From: Anthoceros angustus
Lineage: Eukaryota; Plantae; Anthocerotophyta
Assembly: GCA_010909165.1 (NCBI GenBank)
Contig: MU008172.1
Coordinates: 434,001 to 498,000, forward strand
DNA: 64,000 nucleotides
Direction: 5' to 3'
Shown here piece after piece: positions 13,735-25,960 of the stretch. Position numbers and translations under genes: made by a program. The number at the start of each line of letters is the position of its first letter. Position 1 is the stretch's first letter. The notes beneath the pieces were generated by a model. That model ran no database searches. It was not told the origin of the DNA and saw only the letters and a program-made list of their open reading frames with translations.

Positions 13735-14250
13735 TGCAAGAGGTAAGCACTTGCATTTACATGAGCATTTCCTCCATAGACAATCAAGCAAAAAAAATCT
13801 ATGCATATATAGGTGCAAACGAATAAGAATAGGAGAGAGTAGCTCGCACGAACTCTCCCTGTGAGAACAACACACAAATTCCTCACACATCGTTCTCAGA
13901 GTCATAGCTTTGACCTCCTCACAACACTCTTGTATTGCATATCTAAAGGAGAAGCTATGATCTGAGCTTGTCCTTGGTAAAGCGTCTATATAAACTAGTC
14001 CTTGGCATTGGCATATTCCTAAGATATCCTATTGGGATTAGCATATGCTGAAAATATCTTAAGAATACACTATAATATGCAAGGAATATCTTAAAGCATA
14101 TTACTAGTGCTTATCGACTTAGCTATTGCTAACCATGTTTTTAACATTAATCAATGTTTAATTAACATAAACACTTTAGATTAACTACTACTCATTACTT
14201 GCTTAAACCCTAACACTAATCAATCACTAAACCCAAGCGCTTAGATACCG
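13735..14250 (-). repeat. Dispersed repeat R1 copy 1 (LTR-like, inverted relative to copies 2 and 3)
   Basis: The reverse complement aligns by eye with 25085-25640 and 40200-40552 (shared tattcttaggatat...gctatgactc...gtgtgaggaatttgcgtgttgtt...ctactctctcctatt...gcttacctc). Confidence 0.8.
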
Positions 14251-14622
14251 ACCCATCAAGAAAGAAGAGAATTAAGCTGTGTGCAATGAAACTTCGGATA
14301 GGCTCACAAAAAGCCGGTCTGAATTGAACTAAATTGAAAAGTGGTTTTGCAACTCGTGGTCTTGCACTTTCATTGGCTGCAGTGCGATGTGACCCCCCGT
14401 TGAGGATTGATAGCGAGTCGAGTAAATAGTGACACATCGTGAAGGACAAAAAATGTGTAATTTGGGCCGACTAGGGAGGTAGATCCAAAGTAACATTTTT
14501 TTATTCCACCCTCATTATGAATGAGGATGGAATATATATGGGTTAAATATATTAAATATATGTGTGTTTTCTTATTGTTCGTTAGGGTTGGCTAACATTC
14601 CAATGTTAGTTGGAAACATTGG

Positions 14623-16020
14623 CTGTTTGACGAACAATAGAGACTTTATTAAAAAGAAGAGATGGGAGAACCCATCTACCCCAAACCAAGGGGGGACAAT
14701 CCACTAAAGGGCCAAGAGCCGGGGAGCTAGCCCCCACGAATGCCAACCCCGAAGCTACCTATTGCCCCGATTATCTCGTGGTCCGAGATGAGGAAAGGCC
14801 TACTTACAATTGGTGTCGATGATGCCACGTCTCCTACGCTCGCTGCCGTCCTATGAATAGCATTGGCCAGCGCCCTTTGCATTATGATGGATACCCACTG
14901 TCAAAAAAAAGCCACCATCGAGGAAAGAGGGAGACCCACCCCGTTCCGACGACTGTGGTAGGCTTTAGCACAATCCTTAATGAGCCGGGAAAAATCCTTG
15001 CCCATAGCCCCATGAGTCTCAATTACGAGGGGATGAAGGTGTGGCCGTCCTGCCAAGGTGTGTATTTGTGTACCTTGGCAGTCGCGCATCCCTCCACCGC
15101 CCAGCCCGGAAGGTTGATAATGACATGATCACATATGGAGTTCCAGGTAGGGTCCGTTACGACAACATCTACAACAGAGATATGGTCCCCCTAGATTAGA
15201 AATAGATCCACCCTGACCGACACCCCATTGTGCAGAGTATACGGACACTACCTGTATGGAAAATAACCGCTCTCCTTAACCATCAAGAACATGACGTCGC
15301 AAACGGCATCAGCATAGTGATACGTTGCCCTCCAATTGGATAGCGAGCCAGGTGGCACCCTAAGTCGTCAAGGAGGGCCCCACAGCTGCAAGTTGAGAAA
15401 GAACAGACTAGAGGCTGGACCAAACTCAGGCGGAACCTCATCGTAGTAGAAAAAGAAGCTGGTGCAATTTCAGAGCGCCTGGATGCAAGGCCGAGCCAGA
15501 AGCCAGGAGCTTGCTCCTTTCCCCGAGCAAGAGTGGATGCGCATACGAACAGGCAAAGAAATAGTAGAGTCCAGAAGGATTGCGTGTACTGCATCTTCAG
15601 GAGAGAGGCTTGAAGGCCACGTAGACTTTCCACGGAAAACGAGGAAAAGGAAGGCATGGTCACCTTAGCCTCGAAGGAAAGGGAGTTCCTAACCAACTTA
15701 AGGGAAGCCTGCAAAGGGAAGCGCCCTCCTCATGAAGGCCTCCAAGATGGGAACATCCCAGATTAAGAAATGAGCAGAAAAGACGGGGCAGAGAGGGCCC
15801 AACTTCCAAGGAAGACCACCAGCACCGAGGCCTCCATGGCCTGTAGACCTGTGCCCCCAAAAGCGATAGGAAGTGACGCCTGCCGTTGAGCAAGGCCCCT
15901 TGCGACGTACTCGAAAGTTCTTGGCCCAATAATGTTTCCAAGTGCCTGCATATTTTGTAGATCAAAATTCCACATACTTAATAGAAAAGCTGGGAGGGAG
16001 CCATGTCCAGGTGAGGTAAC
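14623..16020 (-). mobile_element. Decayed 3' part of an RLE-type (CRE/SLACS-like) non-LTR retrotransposon
   Basis: Post-RT motif RQASLPIAFGGTGL...FLGSWAL; zinc knuckle-like CSCGALLDDLGCHL; restriction-like endonuclease RVDL...DVVVTDP...AKVHKY...HPLVIETHGAMG; AATAAA near the 3' end on the minus strand. Contains stops and frameshifts. Confidence 0.75.
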
Positions 16021-16486
16021 CCAGCTGACGTGCGAAGCAGGACGAAAGGATACAAGGAGGTGACGTGCGAAGCAGGACGAAAGGATACAAGGAGGCACCG
16101 GGTGCCCAGGACAAAGGTCCCTGAAATTTACTTGACATAAAGAAGTGTATGCTCGGTATGGCGAGCCCCATTGGGTTGGCCGAAGGCCCCCGCCCCGAAT
16201 ATCAGCCACGAAGTGTTTTGGCGAGTGTGGGATAGTCCTCAACATGTCGTTTGAGTAAAATTGTGAAAGGGAAAGTGTGCCAGACGCAAATGCGCTCCAA
16301 GATATTTGATATTTAATGCCTATCTGGAGGAGTGCGAAGCGCGAACAGGGTGCGTCGCTGTGCAGTTGGTGCCGTGTGAAACCTGTCAAGCCTCGCACAT
16401 ATTCCTCATCAGCTGCAGAGCTCTGTAATTTGACCAACAACTGCACGGTTTCTCATGCGAGTCTTGGCGACGGCAAGGTCGCCAGG

Positions 16487-19003
16487 ATGGGCGATCAGGC
16501 CAGTGAGATTGTCTACTCGCCTCTGCGGGAAGGTTAGCTGAGCTTCTCCATTAGCCGACTGCGCTTGACAATGTCCTTTTACTGACATTGCTGCAGCTAA
16601 TTTCGTCTCACGTCTCGTCTCCACGGCAGTGAACGAGATCCATGTGCTCCGAAGGTTTCAGAAACGATGGCTTCGGATGGACAAGCTGATCTGGTGGACT
16701 TTGGGAGGAGTGGGATTGGGAATTGGCCTTGGAGCTGCGCTCTCCAATGCAAGCCTCTCCGAACGCGCAGTGGAGCTCATCGGTAGACCACGGCACACAG
16801 GCGCATTTGTTGGCCCCGATTGGTAATTGGCAAGGCTGGATGCATTACCCATGGCTTGTGCAGGTTATCCTGGGGAGCTGCTCATCCGAGCTCTGCAGGA
16901 GCTGGTGCTGCCTCTCATCGTCTTCGCTCTTATGACTGGGGTGCTCAATTTGAGGCACTCTTCCAGCGGGTACTGCCCATTTTGAAGCTTACAGACAAGG
17001 TCATGAAGCCTCCTACAGAGGAGGATATTTGCCTGGTTCCCGTCCACGTTTTGCTGACTCTGCCCGAAAGCTTGGCTCTATTTTTGGCAGAACAGGGCGG
17101 ATAACCAGATGGTCACTTCTGTACTATCTGCTTTCCATGCTGCTGGCAGTGGGCCTTGGAATTGGTCTGGTTTACATTATCAGGCCCGGGAAAAGTGAGC
17201 CCTTCAGTGGTGATGGTGTTGCCGCCTGTTCTCAGAAGAATTCAAGTGTCCAGGCGACGTCGTAAGAGCCCTCACAAACTTATAACCATGTTGTCAACGC
17301 ATGCGATGTGGGCAGGGTGTTTGTTTTCTGCACTCTATTCTCTCTCGCTGTGTATCTCACGCATCTGTTCCCTCTGCAGGCAAAGTTCAGCTGCAGATGG
17401 ATCGACAGTAGAGTCCCTGCTGAACATTGGTCGGGATCTTATTCCCACCAATATTGTTGCAGCTGCTGCCCAGACGAACTATCTCGGCGTGATTTTCTTT
17501 TCCATACTCTTTGCCTTTACAATGAACACAATTGGTAAGAGCATATCCTTTCTAGATCGATTGGAATGATGTGCGTAGGAAGGAGGTTTGTCTATCTGGT
17601 ATACTTGCTCGATATCTTCCTCTTGTCCTTATCAGCTAACCAATTTGCTGGCACTTTCAGGGGAACGCGCGGAGCCCTTAATACAGCTGATTGAACTCTG
17701 CAATGACGTCATTCTTAGGATAGTGAGTATCAACTTCTCAAGGATTGCCAGGGTTCTGTGAACAACTTGAAGTAGAAGGGCTTGTGGCCACTTTACATTT
17801 CAGACCTCCGTTTGCAGATATTTGTAGTAATCGCAACGACGCCTGTTGGTGTGGCATCCCTCATAGCAAGTACGATACTGAAGGCATGCAGCTTGCTCCA
17901 CTTGCTGAGGGCCTTGGGGCTTTATGTGAGCACTATCATGGTTGGGTTTCTGTTGCATTCGACTGTAATATTACCAATCACGTTGTTCCTATTATCACGA
18001 AGCAACTTCATCAAAGTCTTCCGGTGAGCCTCTGCTCAAGTCCAGAGTGCTAATCAGTTGAATCAAAGGGTTTTGCAACTGCGCATGCTAATGTGAGCGA
18101 ATAAACTGATGCATCGCAGGTCATTTATGCCTGCCCTTGTTATGGGATTGGGGACTTCTTCTAGTGCAGCGACAATGCCTGTGACCATGCAATGTGGAGA
18201 GGATCATGGTTGTGAACCAAGCATTGTCAAGTTTGTTATTCCTCTGGGCACAAATATCAACCGGGATGGAGCCGCATTGTATGAAGCCGTGTCAGTCATC
18301 TTCATCTTGCAGGTAAGAAAGGACTTCCCGTTATGATGCATCACTGGCAGAAAGTTCTGAAACTCGACAAGTGACAACAACGTGGACTGTGTGTCTAGGC
18401 ACATGGCTATGAGCTGTCTGTTGGAAATGTCCTAGTGGTAGCGCTCACATCCACCCTTGCGGCCATTGGCGCAGCTTCCATTCCCAATGGGGCCCTCGTC
18501 TCAATGATCACAGTCCTACAGGTCCATTGCTGGTGTCAGTTCAGTTGCAGGGACAAAAATGTTATGTGCTAATCTTGTATGATTGGACTTCTGATTGTGT
18601 TTAGTAGCTCCTGCAATTTGTAACCAGTTTATTGTGCAGGCTCTTGGCTTAAGCCAGTACATCCCCGATGTCTCAATTCTGTACGCAGTGGATTGGTTCC
18701 TTGGCATGTTCCGGACATCTGTTAACATATGGGGGGATGCATGCGCCCTTGTCATCGTTGACACATGGGCAAAGCAGTTTTCAAGGAAGCAGCAGTGGCT
18801 CCCAACTTCACTCAATGCTCCTCTGGTAAGATTAACGATCTTGTGATGGCACATATTTAATGTCGCAACTATTACCCTTCAGACAACAATCTTCACAGAC
18901 TGAAAACTTTATGTGCTGCTGCTCCGGTCAGGATCAAGATGCAAGTGACATGTCATTATCGGACGCTGATCCCAAGAAATGGGTTCTGCAACCGACATCC
19001 TAA
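16487..19003 (+). CDS. Dicarboxylate/amino acid:cation symporter (DAACS/SDF, SLC1-like), multi-exon
   Basis: Exons give YPGELLIRALQELVLPLIV, TNYLGVIFFSILF, HP1 GTSSSAATMP, TM7 NINRDGAALYEAV, HP2 IGAASIPNGALVSM and TM8 DWFLGMFRTSVNIWGD. ATG at 16487, stop TAA at 19001-19003. Confidence 0.92.
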
Positions 19004-19602
19004 TTGATAAAGTGTAAAAGTTTCACCAACATGGGCACATTGCTCGCTGTTGAATGTCTCCTACTTACGTACGTAGCTACATTCGTGGTCTGAGGCACTT
19101 CCAGACCAGATTTGGAAGTGCCACATTCGCAAATTTGTTCCACATTGTGGATTTGCAACTAGCGCGCCCAATGACATGTGCATACGGTGCTTAGATACAT
19201 GCATTACAGTCCTAGTTGAATACCAGTTGAAAGTTTGAAACAAATAAGATGTCAAGTGTTCAATACAGTACGCTTACTTTGCTACTGCAGAGTGCAAACC
19301 TGTGACGACCTATCCATCACATCCATCGAGAGGGGATACGATTAGCATCCAGACAACTGACGCATGCCGGGAAACTAGCTATCAAAGTTGGCAACCAACA
19401 AGCTCCCATGCTCTGCCACCAAAATCATGAGGTCCTACCGCAGACGAACGAAGTAAACAGCAATTCGGAAAAGGACAGCGGTGAAGGGGAGCCAAGGACA
19501 AGTCTCAAGCAACATGTTCCATAGTCAGACGGTAAAGCGTCAAAGTTCCCTCTGAAGTGGTGGTGTTCAAAAACACCAGAAAAGGATTGGAGCTTGGGCG
19601 CC

Positions 19603-20010
19603 CTAAGCAGTTGTGAACTTGGTGACAGCCTTCGTTCCCTCAGATACAGCATGCTTGGCCAGCTCCCCAGGCAAAATCAGCCTCACCGCAGTCTGTATCT
19701 CCCGCGACGTGATGGTGGGCTTCCTGTTGTAGCGCGCAAGCTTCGCGGACTCCTGGGCCAGCTTCTCGAAGATGTCGTTGATGAAAGAGTTCATAATCCC
19801 CATAGCCTTGGACGAGATACCAGTGTCGGGGTGCACCTGCTTGAGCACCTTGTAGATGTAAATCTTGTAAGTCTCCACGCTCTTCTTCACCTTCTTCTTC
19901 TTGGAACCCTCCTTCGGCATGGATGCCGGCTTCTTCTCGCCCTTGGGCTTCATCGGCTTCTTCTCGGCCTTGCCCTTGCCGGCCTTCTGCTCATCAGACT
20001 TGGGGGCCAT
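19603..20010 (-). CDS. H2B: Histone H2B (intronless, 135 aa)
   Basis: MAPK...[42 protein letters not shown]...[26 protein letters not shown]. Confidence 0.99.
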   Translation of the reverse strand: MAPKSDEQKAGKGKAEKKPMKPKGEKKPASMPKEGSKKKKVKKSVETYKIYIYKVLKQVHPDTGISSKAMGIMNSFINDIFEKLAQESAKLARYNRKPTITSREIQTAVRLILPGELAKHAVSEGTKAVTKFTTA

Positions 20011-20160
20011 GACAGACACCTCGCAAACAGATACGGAAGAGCGAGCACAAGGAACAACACGAACAAGGAAACCTGGCGGCGCAGAATAGCAGAAAGCACA
20101 AGGCAGCTAGAGCGTAAGCTGAAAAAACACGGAATGGAATATCAAGTGGAGGTGGAGGCC

Positions 20161-20200
20161 TTTTATAGAGGACCAGGGCAAGAAGGGATCGCTGACGTGG
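20161..20200 (-). promoter_or_regulatory. H2B promoter: TATA box plus plant histone type-I-like element
   Basis: Minus strand CTATAAAA at 20168-20161, and CCACGTCAGCGATCCC at 20200-20185, close to the plant histone type I element CCACGTCANCGATCCGCG. Confidence 0.7.
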
Positions 20201-23149
20201 AGCGCAGGCTCGGTGTCCAGCTAGGAAAATACCGAGCCAGACACAAGGCTCGGTTGTCCCACGTGGATGCCGCGCCTGTGATACGGATCGGGACGGGCCT
20301 TCTATGTACGCACGCCTTGGGTGTCTCACAATAGCCCGCCGGTTTTGCGCGGGTCAGTTCGAACTTCAAATTTGCCGCTCGGTTCAAATTTCCAACAGCA
20401 GATTGTGAGTTCGATTGCTTTGTAGACTGTAATGAAGAAAACCGCTTTATAAGGTTAACAATAGTACAAGCTACAGTTCAATGGGGATACCCGGTATCGA
20501 ACCGGTATTTTACGTACCCAGTTTCCCAATTTTTCAACTCTATACCTACTCTAATAAATGGGATCCCTCCCTTATTAGGCCTAACCTCGGAGCTCACTCC
20601 CTTCCACAACATATAAAAGGATACCGAAATGGAATAATTTCATTAAGGACCTAGGGAGCTCGCTCCCTTCCACATGTAAAAGGATATGTAAATGGGATAA
20701 TCTCTTAAATGATCATTAAAATACTATTAAAATTTTAATTTAAATTATTTAATATTATATGTACTGCCTATGTAGACTATAGTGCAGAAAACCCCTCTAC
20801 AAAGACAAGGAAAATACAAGACCACCCTGTCAAAGACACCACCTACTTGAGAAGGAACTAGGTGCCCGTATTGCTGGAGTCGGGATATTTGGGCCCAATG
20901 CCGAGAAATTCCAAATTAACGAGGAGTTTTATATCGCTATATAAAAAGGATGGGGTGCCTCCCGTCCAATTTTGTCTCTCTTCAAGGACTAGCGTGCAAA
21001 CATGAGTTCATTGGAACTCCACTGTCAAACACCGCTGAGCTAATCACTACTAGGATGGGGTGCCTCCCATCTCCAGTTCCACGGCATTATAAGGAAGCGT
21101 GATGTAAAATACGTGTCCTCGTCCTCGCACGGTCTGCACGTTTGCCTGTTGTAAGAGTCATACAAGGCTACTCCTGAATGAATCTCTCTTATGCAGGCTT
21201 CAACGTAACTTTGATATATCTATAAAGTCTTTGAAATCGCTAGAAAGAAAAAGAAGTTCTTTCATAACCAGTGATGAAATTTTTTGAAGAAAAACACTTG
21301 AATTACGATTGAGGTGCCACTGCCAATTTCCATGTGGGATCAATCTGTAAAAAAATTGCATTGGGATCGCCTTCTGATTCCAGGTCGATTACGGCCATAA
21401 GCCACGGGCGCATTTCTCAAGCCTCCATAAACTTTGTTTGAATGCAGCCAATCTGTAGGAAGTCGGAGTTGCTTCTACCGATGCAACAGCCTATTTGCGT
21501 GAGGAGTTTCCACTTCAAGCAAACAGATTGTTGAAATTTTTTCATCATATGATGGCCAAACTGATGATGAAGCATGAAAAAATGGTTAAAGATAATCATA
21601 GCTGCGACATAGACCCGTTATTGACCTAGAAGCTATCAGATTTTAGATTTACTTTCTAATCTATAATTAAAGCATACTTCGCTGTCTACACGGCTAGTGT
21701 CAGCTAGGGAACAATTTTCAAGTTGTATAGTTGAAAAAAATGCAAACCCCTATATATTTTCCTAAATAAATTGGACTTGAGTGCTAAAAGAATTGGTTGT
21801 TTACGGGTATCAAAACTTGTGTATCATCGCTAATGCCGGCAACCCTCATGTTCCATCTTTCCTACTCTTTCTGTGTGATGCTCAGGGCAGATTTCCATGA
21901 TAATCCAACCTGGCCGAGGTTGAGAGTACGACTAGCAATACCCTAATTGCATCCCTTGTCGTTATGTGGGAGAAAACCTGGTCGAGCCCAAGTGTCTTCT
22001 CAGCTTTTTTAAGAGAGCCCTATTGTGGCTGGGTGACCCGTATAACATCCTGCTTTCTTTAGTACCTCAACGTTTGACTTATCATAATAGAACTCCCCGC
22101 GAAGGGGCCTAATGTGAAGGTCTTGTATGTTGTTGGTGAGGAAGCTTGACACCTATCAGGCTGGCTTTGGTGTGGAAGTGCATGTATAGGTACGGTGCAT
22201 GGGCACATGCCCTTCCATTTTCATTTTCATGTGCTTGCCGTGCATGGAAAAGTGGTCACCTGACTTAAGAATTTTTTGCAGGCGGAGATAGGAAATGTGC
22301 CTTAAAAGTGTGTAGGGAAAAACAGCTTATTCCTGGATTTTGGGCTTTCCTGTAAAATATTCAAAATTTTCTTGTAAAGACCGGCAAAAACTAAGACACC
22401 AAAACCATGGCCTAACATGCTAGGATCCATGAATATGCCAACTCTTGATCCAACCGTACAACGAGAGTCACGAAAACTAAATTTTATTATCAGGATAATC
22501 CCGTACCTTGTTTGTGGTTTAAAAGGCTGAATTCCATTTACTCACATGCGGGATGGTCTGTGAGCTGTAACATGTACTCCAAAGAGAGAGACGACTTGGA
22601 CATGTATGTAGGATATGTAGTCGTTGCCAAATTTCTGCAACATCCCTCATGTCCTTTCATTATGTTCCCACTCATGTGTGTCGTTCAAGTACATTTAGGC
22701 GACTTTGAACACAACTCAGGTTCTACATACGCACCTTATGTCTCTCACCCGTACACCTCTCTATGGTTGCATTTGGCTTAAACTATTTAAATGATTGTGA
22801 GGAGAGTGTGCCGGCATACCAGCGCATCCCCGTCAAAATCATGTAAATCCTACTCTTAAGGTGCAACATCGTTCTGTCCTATCCGCAAGTTCTGAGATGC
22901 AAATGCGCTCTTACACCGGTATACAATCGCACCACCCTCAACATCGTGCAACTTTTGCCAAAGACCCACTAACGCTATTTAATAAAAAACAATTGATCTT
23001 CATTCCTTGTCTAGCATTTAAACCATGTTCTTTGACAAATGCAAGATTCAGGTAATTCACCAACTAACATCAAAATGTGGCTTCATGACAATTGATGAGG
23101 CCTCTCAGATGGTACTAAGTGTTGTCTTCAAAAGCTACATCATCCTCGT

Positions 23150-25960
23150 CGTTGTTCGCTCTTCCCTAGCCTTGGTTCTCCTAGACTAGCACATCTTCTT
23201 GCATAGAGCGAAGCGTCATAAGGTTTCACCTGATAATTGAACGTGTTTGGGCCTTCAGCTATTTAGCTCGAGTGAGCTCAAACCCATAGGCCAAAACAAA
23301 TTTGTCAGCAATGATCAGCATCTCCACATTCTTCCTCGGCCGTCTAGTGGCGCGCCTACAATGCCTTGTACACTGCCCTATGATACTTCATCTGGTAATA
23401 TCATCTCTTCCATGTACCTTCCGTCAAAAGCGTCTATATTCTATGTCACCCACCAATGAACTTTCATGAAATGTGATTCGCACTGGAAATCTATGTGAAG
23501 CACCTTCGCAATCCAGAAAGGACTATTAGTTGCATCATTCTTGCAAGGGATTGCTATCATATTCCTGGCCGTAATCTCCGAAATATCACCATTGAACCTC
23601 TCTTGCTCTCTTTGTCAGGAACCATTGTTCCGGTAGGTTCTTACATGCATGTCTCGTCGAGGCACTTCTCGCAGCAATGGATGAGGAAGGACTTCAACAT
23701 TCGAAATAGATACAGGTTACCACAGGATCTCTGCTTCTTTTCGATTATACCATCGCCAAGGACTCTTTTATTCCTATTGGGACCCTGAATTTATCGTGTC
23801 CACAATGGCCTCTTGTTCTTCCCAAATCGATTCCCACTACACATCTTCGCCTTCGCCCAAAATGTCTTTTGATTTCTCCTCCAACTTGGCCCGGATAATT
23901 GACAATGACCTTTCAGCATCTCTTTCTTCAGCATGTGCTTTTTTGCTGCTTACTTTCAATTTTCACTGCGCCACTAATGTCTTTGGAAGGACCTTCTGGC
24001 ACATGCTTCAAGAACTTAAGGCCTTCATTGGTGGACTAGTAATTATCTGTTGGATACTGTTTGCCTCGCATCACCGTAATGAAACCGCGGCCCCCCCTCT
24101 CCTCTCGAGTTATTTTGAGCTGATGCTGGAAGGAGATGTTGTGCAACTGCTCCACAGCGGCAACCTGTTGGTAGCCAGCCCCACCAAAAGGGATGGGCCA
24201 AACATACCTTTTGAAATCAGGGACTTCGTGTACCAATACAATCTGCGGATTTGGAGTATAAACATCTTCCAACACAGAGGTGAGTTTGGGCAAGGTAAAA
24301 GCCTGCTTATGTCTTAGCTCAATCGAAAATCTAAGAACATCTACTGTACCCGATCATGGGTGTGCCCAACAAGGAGGAAGCCTACCTTGATCTTCTCAAA
24401 GACTCGCAATGACAACAACATGTTTAGGTAGGCGAACAGAAGGGCGTTTTTATTTTGACCTGCCGTGTTGTCGAGTTGCAAGTACAACACCTTCGTAAGT
24501 CAACCCTCGTAATTCAATATAAAATGTTGTATGACGATGATCGTCAGGTTGGCATTGTTTCTGATATTTCCAAACTCGATGAACAATCTTGTTGACATAG
24601 TATAATTGTAAACAAGACGGCCAACAACATGGACGTCAAGAAGCGGAGTGTCTGCCATGTTCTTTGGAAGATGCATGAAATGTGGAAGCTTTGTTTTTTG
24701 TTAGTCCATGCCGTCTATAGAAAGTCCGACATACCGTGCTGGGTTTGCACAACACTTGATCCGATGCTTCATGCACTTTTCCCTCTCTGCTTTTAAACGT
24801 TTTGTATGGTTTCGCAAATCAGCTTCATGTTCTTCTATACAATCACAAAACCACCAAGCAACGCAACTGTTCAGTATGACAACAAACTTGCAACATGGTA
24901 CTTGTATTAGCAAGTGCGCATTACAATGGCCAAGTGCGCCGGTATACCGATAGTCATGATTTTTAAAAGCAAATGCGTACCTTCATTTTCACGTTCTTTC
25001 TCGCTCCTAATCTTTCATTTAAGGTAGTGGCACGTAGCACATGTTGCAAAACGATTATTTTTCGAGATTGTCATGCCGTGTGACACTAATCTATGCACTT
25101 GGTTTTAGTGTTTGATTAGCATTAATTAATCTGAAATTTTATCTCTTAAGTAAGTAATTAGTATTAATTAATCTAAAGCACTGATGGTAATTAAGTGTTA
25201 ATTAGTGTTAATTATACATGGTTAGCAATAGCTAAGTGGATAAGCACAAGTTATATGCTTTAGCATATTCCTTGCATATTATAGTGTATTCTTAGGATAT
25301 TTCCGGTATATGCTGATGCTAATAGGATATCTTAAGAATATGTCGATGCCAATGGTTAATATATATATAGATCCTTTCACAGAGGACAAACTCAAATCAT
25401 AGCTTGTCCTCTAGAGATGCAATGCAAGAGTGTTGAGAGGAGGCCAAAGCTATGACTCCGAAAGCGATGTGTGAGGAATTTGCGTGTTGTTCTCGTGGGG
25501 AGAGTGTGTTTGTGCCATGATGTGCAAGCTACTCTCTCCTATTGTTATTGGTTTGCACTATACTTGAATATTAGATTTGTTTTGCTTGGTTGTCTGTTGA
25601 GGAAGTACTTTTATGAATTCAAGTGCTTACCTCGTGCAATAGGATTCTCACTTTCGGGAAGTGATTCTGCCCCTCCTAAATGCTTCTCGACAAAGGTGAA
25701 CTTTATCCTTCCCAACTAAAGTCTCCACCTTCACTCTGCCGTGTAAACGCTTCGATGAAAAGAAAAGTGATTGTAAAAATATTTCCCGCTCCCGCCTACA
25801 CATCCTTAGGAAACGGTATCTCAAGTCTCGGAAGGAGGGTCTACCTAGTAGGCGCAAACAACATTTAGTACAACAAGATCTTCTGAAATCACGAGATACC
25901 CGACTTTCCAAGCATTTGAGTTCCGGCACCTTGGATTTCTTTTTTCCTTGTTGCTTGGTG
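23150..25960 (-). mobile_element. Decayed Sola-like DDE DNA transposase with an intron, interrupted by R1
   Basis: N-terminal CCTKCCL...F...ERE.FL...VHLCREAF (25648-25929), NRFATCATC (~25050), SIDGMD.QKTKLPH, LYLQLDNTAGQNKN, KVGFLLVGHTHDRV and C-terminal PFWIAKV...VHWW. Contains stops and frameshifts. Superfamily assignment is from motif memory and is uncertain. Confidence 0.72.
25085..25640 (+). repeat. Dispersed repeat R1 copy 2, inside the transposase remnant
   Basis: Homologous to 13735-14250 (inverted) and 40200-40552. Confidence 0.8.

Noticed and set aside
14591-14608. Perfect hairpin CTAACATT-CC-AATGTTAG as a possible Helitron 3' end
   Set aside because: The nearby CTAA on the minus strand is not followed by the expected T target base, and no matching 5' TC end or Rep/helicase was found.
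19594-20334. 246-aa plus-strand ORF
   Set aside because: Antisense shadow of histone H2B.
21900-22800. Possible CACTA transposase remnant on the minus strand (KWKGMCPC, YTGH, FLPHN fragments)
   Set aside because: The motifs are scattered over frames with many stops, too weak to support without a profile search.
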